Positions 7,800 through 17,000 of a stretch of DNA of 64,000 nucleotides are shown piece after piece. The stretch is from the NCBI RefSeq assembly GCF_009914755.1, contig NC_060946.1; one strand, written 5' to 3'. A model generated the notes under the pieces. It did no database searches and had not been told where the DNA came from. It saw nothing but the letters and a program-made list of their open reading frames with translations. The DNA is from the human T2T-CHM13v2.0 reference genome, Homo sapiens. The position numbers were made by a program, and so were the translations under genes. Positions within the stretch are counted from its first letter, which is position 1. Every line of letters begins with the position of its first letter.

Positions 7800-10781
7800 A
7801 TGTCTGCACCTAAGAACAGTAGGGTCTTGTCTGGCTCTTCTTATGAACGGTTCCCCAGCCCGGACTCCCCAAGGTCCATGCGAGCCTCACCCAGCTTCTC
7901 CCTCTCCCCTCTCAGAAACTCAGGCTTAAGGGGAAGCTCCTCACCAGGGATCCGGAGCTACCATTCACCATCCCCTAGGGCTTCACCACACTCACCTCTG
8001 TCGTCACCAGAATCCCACAAGCTCCCATTTCCCTGTCCTCACCGTGATGGGCAATCAATGAAGCCATTGGGCTCTCCCGTGTCCTCTTCTGAGGATTCCT
8101 CAGAGTCCCCACGTTCATCAATAATATACCACATGTTCTTACTGCCATCACCCAGCAGCTCACCCCCAGCTCTCGGGGGGTCTCCTGTGTCTCCCAGCTA
8201 CTCTCCAAACAACCCCAGATTTCAGCTGCGGTCAGCCCCCCACACCCAGGAATCACCTACAAACTCACGAGCCTCACTTTGCTCCACCCCCGTGTCTTTC
8301 ATCTCTTCACCCCCAGGCCTCAGGGACTCTCCTGTGGCTCCCAGTTACTCTCCAGCCATCCCCAGGTTCCTGCGGGAGTCAGCCCCATGCGCCCAGGAGT
8401 CCCCCAGAGACTCACAGGTCTCGGGAGATTATGAGCGGTCCCCCAGCCCTGACTCCTCAAGATTCATGTCTGTCTCACCCAGCTTCTCCCTCTCCCCTCC
8501 CAGAAACTCAGACCCAAGGGGCAGCTCCTCACCAGGGATGTGGAAGTCCTCTACATCATCCCGCAGGGCTTCACCACTCTCACATCCGTCATCAACAGAA
8601 TTCCACAACTTTACGTTTCCCTTTCCTAACCAAGCAGGACAGTCACTCATGTCATTGTGTTCTCCCGTGACCTCCTCTGGAGATTCTTCACAGTCACCTC
8701 ATTCATCAATAATATACCATATGTTCTTACTGCCATCATCCAGCAGCTCACCCCCAGCCACCCATGACTCTCCTGTCTGTCCCAGCTACTCTCCAACTAC
8801 GCCCAGATTTCAGCGGGAGTCTGTACCCCACACCACAGAAACACCTACAAACTCACAGACCTCAGTGAGATCCTCGCCAGTCTCTCTCACGTCTTCACCC
8901 CCAGCCCTTACGGACCCTCCAGTCTGTCCCAGCTACTCTCCAACCACGCCCACATTTCAGCGCGGGTCAGTTCCAGGAACCCAGGGATCACCACCAAGCC
9001 CACCGCTTTCACTGAGTTACTCCCCAGTCTCTAGCACGTCTTTATCTCCAACCCTCAGGGACTCGCCTGTCTGTCCCAGCTACTCTCCAAACACGCCCAC
9101 ACTTCAGCGGGAGTCCGTTGCAGGCACCCAGAAGTCACCATCAAACTCACCAATTTCACTGCGTTACTCCCCAGTCTCTCTCATGTCTTCACCATCCCTC
9201 AGGGACTCTCCCGTCTGTCCCAGCTACTCTCCAACCACGCCCACATTTCAGCTGGAGTCAGTTCCAGGCACCCAGGAATCACCACCAAACTCACCAATTT
9301 CACTCAGTTACTCCTCAGTCTCTAGCACGTCTTTATCTCCAACCCTCAGGGACTCTCCTGTGTGTCCCAGCTACTCTCCAACCACGCCCACACTTCAGCG
9401 GGAGTCAGTTCCAGGCACCCAGGAATCACCACCAAACTCACCAATTTCACTCAATTACTCTCCAGTCTCTCTCGTGTCTTCACCAGCCCTCAGGGACTCT
9501 CCTGTCTGTCCCAGCTACTCTCCAACCACGCCCACATTTCAGCTGGAGTCAGTTCCAGGCACCCCGGAGTCACCACCAAACTCACCAGTTTCACTCAGTT
9601 ACTCCCCGGTCTCTCTCATGTCTTCACCCCCAGCCCTCAGGGACTCTCCTGTGCGTCCCAGCTACTCTCCAACCATGCCCAGATTTCAGCGGGAGTCAGT
9701 TCCAGGCACCCATGTGTCATCACCAAACTCAGCAGTTTCACTGAGTTACTCCCCAGTCTCTCTCATGTCTTCACCCCCAGACCCCTGGGACTCTCCTGTC
9801 TGTCCCAGCTACTCTCCCACCACGCCCAGATTTCAGCGGGAGTCAGCCTCCCACACTCCGGAATCAGATACAGACTCACAGACTTCACTGAGCTCCTCCC
9901 TGGTCTCTCTCAGGTCTTTGCCCTCATCCCACAGGGACTCTTGTGTCTCTTTCAGCTACTCTCAAAACTTCTCTAGATTCCAGCTGGAGTCAGTTCCAGG
10001 CACCCACGATACACCACCGAACTCACGAATTTCACTGACTTACTCCCCTGTCTCCCTCATGTTCTCACCCCCAGCCCTCAGGGACTCTTCTGTCTCTCTC
10101 AGCTACTCTCCAACCATCTCCAGATTTCACCTGGAGTCAGCTTCCCACACCCTGGAATCACCTGCAAACTCACGGACCTTACTGCAACCATCCCCCATTT
10201 CTTTCACCTCTTCACCCCCTGCCTTCAGGGACTCTCCTGGGTCTCCCAGCTTCTCTCCAGCCTTCCCCAGATTTCTGCCACAGTCAGCCCCAGGCACCCA
10301 GGACAACCCTAGACACTCACAGGCCTCACCAGACTATCTCCCTATGACCTGTACCTATACAGGGATGGCTCCCACGCATCCCTCAGTGACCCCAAACCCA
10401 TCTCAACTTACACTCAGGCACTCCCAGGGCCTGACAGCTACACCCCGTTATTGTCCTTCAGTTCGAAGCCCTGGCCAATCTACTAGCCCACATGACGCAG
10501 TTACCTGGCCATTTCTCCACGGTTCCCGGGAGGGCCCCACACCCAGCCGCACAAGAGCCCCTCCTGCATTCCGTCCTCACACGCAGGCCTGTCCATCTAC
10601 TTGCTACTGTCACACTCTTGCCAGCAGAAGAGGCCCCTGTAATGGCCGATATCACCACCCAGTCTATCCTCACCCCACAGCTGTGCAGCGGGAACCCCCT
10701 GCTGGCCCACGTGGCTGCCACAGCCCATGCTGGCACGACGCTCCAGCAGGTCGGCGTCCCTGCGGGCCAAACTACCGGTGA
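7800..10781 (+). CDS. Ser/Pro/Thr-rich Pol II CTD-like repeat protein, type A (993 aa), unit 1
   Basis: Uninterrupted 2982-bp ORF. The ATG has A at -3 and is the first ATG after the predicted TSS. It contains 49-aa repeats with PSYSPTTP. Translation is unproven. Confidence 0.6.
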   Translation: MSAPKNSRVLSGSSYERFPSPDSPRSMRASPSFSLSPLRNSGLRGSSSPGIRSYHSPSPRASPHSPLSSPESHKLPFPCPHRDGQSMKPLGSPVSSSEDSSESPRSSIIYHMFLLPSPSSSPPALGGSPVSPSYSPNNPRFQLRSAPHTQESPTNSRASLCSTPVSFISSPPGLRDSPVAPSYSPAIPRFLRESAPCAQESPRDSQVSGDYERSPSPDSSRFMSVSPSFSLSPPRNSDPRGSSSPGMWKSSTSSRRASPLSHPSSTEFHNFTFPFPNQAGQSLMSLCSPVTSSGDSSQSPHSSIIYHMFLLPSSSSSPPATHDSPVCPSYSPTTPRFQRESVPHTTETPTNSQTSVRSSPVSLTSSPPALTDPPVCPSYSPTTPTFQRGSVPGTQGSPPSPPLSLSYSPVSSTSLSPTLRDSPVCPSYSPNTPTLQRESVAGTQKSPSNSPISLRYSPVSLMSSPSLRDSPVCPSYSPTTPTFQLESVPGTQESPPNSPISLSYSSVSSTSLSPTLRDSPVCPSYSPTTPTLQRESVPGTQESPPNSPISLNYSPVSLVSSPALRDSPVCPSYSPTTPTFQLESVPGTPESPPNSPVSLSYSPVSLMSSPPALRDSPVRPSYSPTMPRFQRESVPGTHVSSPNSAVSLSYSPVSLMSSPPDPWDSPVCPSYSPTTPRFQRESASHTPESDTDSQTSLSSSLVSLRSLPSSHRDSCVSFSYSQNFSRFQLESVPGTHDTPPNSRISLTYSPVSLMFSPPALRDSSVSLSYSPTISRFHLESASHTLESPANSRTLLQPSPISFTSSPPAFRDSPGSPSFSPAFPRFLPQSAPGTQDNPRHSQASPDYLPMTCTYTGMAPTHPSVTPNPSQLTLRHSQGLTATPRYCPSVRSPGQSTSPHDAVTWPFLHGSREGPTPSRTRAPPAFRPHTQACPSTCYCHTLASRRGPCNGRYHHPVYPHPTAVQREPPAGPRGCHSPCWHDAPAGRRPCGPNYR
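8150..10400 (+). repeat. ACRO1-type 147-bp satellite block, coding within the long ORF (in every unit)
   Basis: Core cccagctactctcc (or a variant) at 8193 and 8340, then 8781, 8928, 9075, 9219, 9366, 9510, 9657, 9804, 9951, 10098 and 10245. Spacing is 147 bp, or 144 bp in two places. Long units have one extra monomer. Confidence 0.85.
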
Positions 10782-10989
10782 CATGTCTAGCGTGACCCTC
10801 CTTCCTGGCAGTGACACTGTTGATGTGAACCCCAATTTCACATCTGTCATTTGTAAATAGGACCATTTTCCCTTTTCGCTCTCCCTTCCATTCACAGGGC
10901 TTTTCATTCTCTCTGTTACTGCCTCCGTTTCAGATATTTACTCACCTTTTTCTCTCTCACTATGTCTGCCGTGGGCTCCATGAGAGTGC

Positions 10990-11325
10990 GCCACATAAGA
11001 TTCCCCCATTAAAAGTCATGAATTGAGTGGCTTTTAGTATACCTGTGGTTGTGCACATTCAAATTTAATTCGCAATTCATTGTAGAACGTCTTATCACTC
11101 CCGGCCAGAGAAAAACCCTGTAGACATTAGTCACTCCTCATTCTGTCTCAAACCCTCTCCCTGACCCTCAGCCCTAGGTAGCAACTACCTAGTGCGATCA
11201 ATCCCATATGCATAGATTATCATATTGTGGACATTTCCTATAAGCGGAATTACACAATAGGTGAGCTGTTATGACTGACATAACACGTAGCACAATATTT
11301 TCAAGATTCGTCCACATTGTAGGCT
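10990..11325 (-). mobile_element. Old L1M (MB/ME-like) 3' end fragment, antisense (in every unit)
   Basis: cccatt.aaagt...aattgagtggcttttagtata...gttgtgca...tagaac...cattagtcactcc.catt...attgtggacatttc.tataa..ggaatt...ttttcaagattc.tcca..ttgtag matches the L1M 3' antisense pattern. Confidence 0.6.
11008..11052 (+). terminator. Candidate polyadenylation signal ATTAAA plus GT-rich downstream element
   Basis: ATTAAA lies 227 bp after the stop codon, followed by gagtggcttttagtatacctgtggttgtg. The offset is the same in all units (17455, 23729, 30160, 36442, 42885, 49167, 55598, 62045). Confidence 0.45.
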
Positions 11326-13893
11326 TACCCACAGGGGGAAACCATTTTATTGGGGGCTTTTAGTAACACCGGTGTTTTCTCCTTCCTTACATCCTTCTTT
11401 CCATCCTTCCTTCCTTCCTTCCTTCCTTCCTTCCTTCCTGACTTCCTTCTTTCCTTCCCTCCTTCCTCCTATTTCTCTCTTACTCCTTCTGCCCTCTCTC
11501 TTTCCTATGCCTTAGGTGCATCCCACATTCTGCGTTTTTTTGGGGGAAATCCTCGACAGGTGCAGGAAAATTGTGTTATTGTAACTATTTACCGTTATCT
11601 CTCTTTCACGGCTCTCCATCAGTTGTGAACATCTATTGGTTTATCCCAAGTCACTAAGCATATTTTCATTAGGTAAACCTGTTTTTCCTTATACAGCTGT
11701 TTCTGGAGTATAGGGTCGCATACTCATAAACCCAGTGTAACTCAGAAACGCATCTAATATTCCAGTAAACCCATCATAACGTTGAAAAATCGTAAATCAA
11801 ACCATCATAAGTCACGGTTTGTCCGTGGATATGGGCGTCATCAATTCCATTGTATTCAGTAATGCTGTACACCATTAACAATGGCAGACTGATTGGGAGT
11901 GGATATTGATAGCATTATAAAAGTCAGTTATTAGAGGGATACTTCTTTAACCTGACTGAAGAACTGATCTAATGGCTTTAGTACAGTGCATGATTATGTG
12001 CGATGTTTTGAGACAGAGTAGTGCATTTGTGAATGAAATTTTATGGCTTTTTTTTCACTTAGTAGGAACCATTGTGTGTGGAAAAGTGAGAAAATGGCTT
12101 TCTGCTGTAGGGTCTGGCATTCATTGTAGATGTAAGCTTATTTTTCTGTGAGCAAATCTTATTCAATAAAATACTACTCTTTATACTAAAAAACAAAAAC
12201 AGTGGTGATGTGTGGTCATTACCCTCAGCAAACTTATCCAGGGAAAAGAAAACCAAACGCCACAACTCACTTATAATGGGAGCTGAAAAATGAGATCCCA
12301 TGGACACAGGAAGGGGAACAACACACACTGGGGCCTTCCGGGAGACAGAGCGTTAAGAAAAACAGCTACTGCATGCTGGGCCTAATACCTAGGTGATGGG
12401 TTGACAGGTGCAGCAAACCACCATGGCACACGTTAACCTTAGTAACAAACCTGCACATCCTGCACATATACCCCAGAACTTAGGAACGAAACGAAACAAA
12501 AGACAACGAAAAAGCAATAGCAAAACGCTAAAGGCAAAATAAAGTTTCAAACTGAGAAAGTGACAGACCAACGTCTGGTTGAAATCATGGTTCTCAACCC
12601 AGGTGCCATAAGGTCGGGATAAAGGATGTGATTACATATTGTCAATAAGACATGCAGCAAATGACCAGAATGATTATTCTCAACATATGTGTGTCTTCTA
12701 ATTCAATGGTGACGCTATCTACCGGGACATAGCATTAGATTCCAAAGGGCCGAGTCCCGCCAGACAGGCCTCCCACAATAATAACAATGGGAAGCCCTAC
12801 GTTGCTTTACCTGTGCTTCTCAGCCACTGGCTATAAATCAGGTTGCCACCACTCCCAGATTTAGTTGCATTCATTTGCTGGAAGAGCTCACAGCACGCAG
12901 GGAAACACTTACATCTGCCGTTGTATTTTAGCGGACATTGCACAAAGTTCAGAAATAAATGTGGGGCCCGGCACGTGGGGAGGGGCGCACTACCTTCCAG
13001 GAAGTGTTATCCGGAAGCTCTCTGAACCCAGTCCTTTTGGGTTTTGATGGAGACCTCATTCTATAGGCATGATGGGTTAAACCATAGGCTATTGGTGATC
13101 AACTCCACCTGGGGCTCTCCACCCTCCCTGGAAATTGGGGTTGAGGCTTTGCCATCCTCAGTCTGACTAAAAGAATTTACCCAAACGGAATTTTAAAACA
13201 GATGAGCATAACTGGAATCTTAATTAGATGATTGGATTATCTGGAGCCACACCTTGATATTCCTAACCCGAGCACCCTCATCCAACGAATGCTCCACCCA
13301 ACTGGCTCCGAAGTCTCTACGTGGTTCCAGAGCAAAAGGATGTTGATACAACGCATATCTCCACCTTTTCTTCAAAGTCTTTTCGCTTACACGGAAAGAC
13401 TTCTTCAACTGCCATGCATCAGGGTCAGGGGGAGGTCTTGTTACAACACAGATCTGCGGATCTCCGGCGTTTGACTGTGGCAAGGATGCTGCTGGTGTCA
13501 AAACCACAACGTGGGAACCACAGAACCACTAGTGGGTTTTCAGTGTTTCAGTGCATAGAATTCCTAATATTTCTGGCCAAGAAAACTTGTAAGTTCTTAG
13601 ATTGTCCCAAAGGTGGCGCATGAAATCAAAGCAGGAGAACAGTTTCCTACGAGGTGTAGCCTGGGAAAGTTGGGGGTGACTGATGGAAAGGAGGAGTGAA
13701 GCTCCGCCCTTTCCGCTGCTAGGCTGCGCCCGAGGCTATTTAAACCCACCCTGGCTGGCCTGTACTCAGATCTTCGCGGAGCGGATCAGCGGCCGGAGCG
13801 TTTGGCGGACTCTGCGTGGACTTGGAGCTCACAGCGTCTTGCGACTTGGAAGCGGATTCAGAGGACAGGACAGAACACTTGGGCAAGTGAATC

Positions 13894-13924
<31 letters not shown>

Positions 13925-14099
13925 CATTGGTTGGTTGATTTCCATTTTCTTAAGGGGCACATACCTCACACCGCACACACACAAACACACACACGCACAC
14001 ACACACGCACACGCACACGCACACACACGCACACACACTCCTTCCTTCTGCGAGTTAGAACATTAGTAGGGGCCCCTGGGAGCTGCAGGTTTCCTAATC

Positions 14100-17000
14100 A
14101 TGTCTGCACCTAAGAACGGTAGGGTCTTGTCTGGCTCTTCTTATGAACGGTCCCCCAGCCCGGACTCCCCAAGGTCCATGCGAACCTCACCCAGCTTCCC
14201 CCTCTCCCCTCTCAGAAACTCAGGCTTAAGGGGAAGCTCCTCACCAGGGATCCGGAGCTACCATTCACCATCCCCTAGGGCTTCACCACACTCACCTCTG
14301 TCATCACCAGAATCCCACAAGCTCCCATTTCCCTGTCCTCACCGTGATGGGCAATCAATGAAGCCATTGGGCTCTCCCGTGTCCTCCACTGAGGATTCCT
14401 CAGAGTCCCCACGTTCATCAATAATATACCACATGTTCTTACTGCCATCACCCAGCAGCTCACCCCAGGCTCTCGGGGGGTCTCCTGTGTCTCCCAGCTA
14501 CTCTCCAAACAACCCCAGATTTCAGCTGCAGTCAGCCCCCCACACCCAGGAATCACCTACAAACTCACGAGCCTCACTTTGCTCCACCCCTGCGTCTTTC
14601 ATCTCTTCACCCCAAGGCCTCAGGGACTCTCCTGTGGCTCCCAGTTACTCTCCAGCCATCCCCAGGTTCCTGCGGGAGTCAGCCCCATGCGCCCAGGAGT
14701 CCCCCAGAGACTCACAGGTCTCGGGAGATTATGAGCGGTCCCCCAGCCCTGACTCCTCAAGATTCATGCCTGCCTCACCCAGCTTCTCCCTCTCCCCTCC
14801 CAGAAACTCAGACCCAAGGGGCAGCTCCTCACCAGGGATGTGGAAGTCCTCTACATCATCCCGCAGGGCTTCACCACTCTCACATCCGTCATCAACAGAA
14901 TTCCACAACTTTACGTTTCCCATTCCTAACCAAGCAGGACAGTCACTCATGTCATTGTGTTCTCCCGTGACCTCCTCTGGAGATTCTTCACAGTCACCTC
15001 ATTCATCAATAATATACCATATGTTCTTACTGCCATCATCCAGCAGCTCACCCCCAGCCACCCATGACTCTCCTGTCTGTCCCAGCTACTCTCCAACTAC
15101 GCCCAGATTTCAGCGGGAGTCTGTACCCCACACCCCAGAAACACCTACAAACTCACAGACCTCAGTGAGATCCTCGCCAGTCTCTCTCACGTCTTCACCC
15201 CCAGCCCTTACGGACCCTCCAGTCTGTCCCAGCTACTCTCCAACCACGCCCACATTTCAGCGCGGGTCAGTTCCAGGAACCCAGGGATCACCACCAAGCC
15301 CACCGCTTTCACTGAGTTACTCCCCAGTCTCTAGCACGTCTTTATCTCCAACCCTCAGGGACTCGCCTGTCTGTCCCAGCTACTCTCCAAACACGCCCAC
15401 ACTTCAGCGGGAGTCCGTTGCAGGCACCCAGAAGTCACCACCAAACTCACCAATTTCACTGCGTTACTCCCCAGTCTCTCTCATGTCTTCACCATCCCTC
15501 AGGGACTCTCCCGTCTGTCCCAGCTACTCTCCAACCACGCCCACATTTCAGCTGGAGTCAGTTCCAGGCACTCCGGAATCACCACCAAACTCACCAATTT
15601 CACTCAGTTACTCCTCAGTCTCTAGCACGTCTCTATCTCCAACCCTCAGGGACTCTCCTGTGTGTCCCAGCTACTCTCCAACCACGCCCACACTTCAGCG
15701 GGAGTCAGTTCCAGGCACCCAGGAATCACCACCAAACTCACCAATTTCACTCAGTTACTCCTCAGTCTCTAGCACGTCTTTATCTCCAACCCTCAGGGAC
15801 TCTCCTGTGTGTCCCAGCTACTCTCCAACCACGCCCACACTTCAGCGGGAGTCAGTTCCAGGCACCCAGGAATCACCACCAAACTCACCAATTTCACTCA
15901 ATTACTCTCCAGTCTCTCTCGTGTCTTCACCAGCCCTCAGGGACTCTCCTGTCTGTCCCAGCTACTCTCCAACCACGCCCACATTTCAGCTGGAGTCAGT
16001 TCCAGGCACCCCGGAGTCACCACCAAACTCACCGGTTTCACTCAGTTACTCCTCGGTCTCTCTCATGTCTTCACCCCCAGCCCTCAGGGACTCTCCTGTG
16101 TGTCCCAGCTACTCTCCAACCATGCCCAGATTTCAGCGGGAGTCAGTTCCAGGCACCCATGTATCACCACCAAACTCAGCAGTTTCACTGAGTTACTCCC
16201 CAGTCTCTCTCATGTCTTCACCCCCAGACCCCTGGGACTCTCCTGTCTGTCCCAGCTACTCTCCCACCACGCCCAGATTTCAGCGGGAGTCAGCCTCCCA
16301 CACTCCGGAATCAGATACAGACTCACAGACCTCACTGAACTCCTCCCTGGTCTCTCTCAGGTCTTTGCCCTCATCCCACAGGGACTCTTGTGTCTCTTTC
16401 AGCTACTCTCAAAACTTCTCTAGATTCCAGCTGGAGTCAGTTCCAGGCACCCACGATACACCACCGAACTCACGAATTTCACTGACTTACTCCCCAGTCT
16501 CCCTCATGTTCTCACCCCCAGCCCTCAGGGACTCTTCTGTCTCTCTCAGCTACTCTCCAACCATCTCCAGATTTCACCTGGAGTCAGCTTCCCACACCCT
16601 GGAATCACCTGCAAACTCACGGACCTTACTGCAACCATCCCCCATTTCTTTCACCTCTTCACCCCCTGCCTTCAGGGACTCTCCTGGGTCTCCCAGCTTC
16701 TCTCCAGCCTTCCCCAGATTTCTGCCACAGTCAGCCCCAGGCACCCAGGACAACCCTAGACACTCACAGGCCTCACCAGACTATCTCCCTATGACCTGTA
16801 CCTATACAGGGATGGCTCCCACGCATAGCTCAGTGACCCCAAACCCATCTCCACTTACACTCAGGCACTCCCAGGGCCTGACAGCTACTCCCCGTTATTG
16901 TCCTTCAGTTCGAAGCCCTGGCCAATCTACTAGCCCACATGACGCAGTTACCTGGCCATTTCTCCACGGTTCCCAGGAGGGCCCCACACCCAGCCGCACA

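Noticed and set aside
9118-9976. Overlapping 204-257 aa ORFs in the other two + frames (and their copies in each unit)
   Set aside because: They are shadows of the C-rich repeat whose length is a multiple of 3. They begin at non-ATG codons (ttg at 9118, gtg at 9362) and are much shorter than the main frame.
8781-10390. CRISPR-like repeat-spacer array
   Set aside because: Sequences between the conserved cores are homologous to each other (tandem monomers, not unique spacers). The context is primate DNA with no cas genes.
7800-10781. Calling the ORF POLR2A/RPB1 itself
   Set aside because: It has no polymerase domains (no NADFDGD motif), only degenerate heptads, and occurs as multiple intronless tandem copies. 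It is at most CTD-like or CTD-derived.
7800-10781. Mucin or extensin-like secreted protein
   Set aside because: It is S/P/T-rich but has no N-terminal signal peptide, transmembrane segment or recognisable mucin domain. SP/YSP motifs fit an intracellular phospho-substrate better.
10458-10907. 149-aa antisense ORF over the 3' end of the main ORF
   Set aside because: GC-rich antisense shadow with no promoter evidence or recognisable domain.
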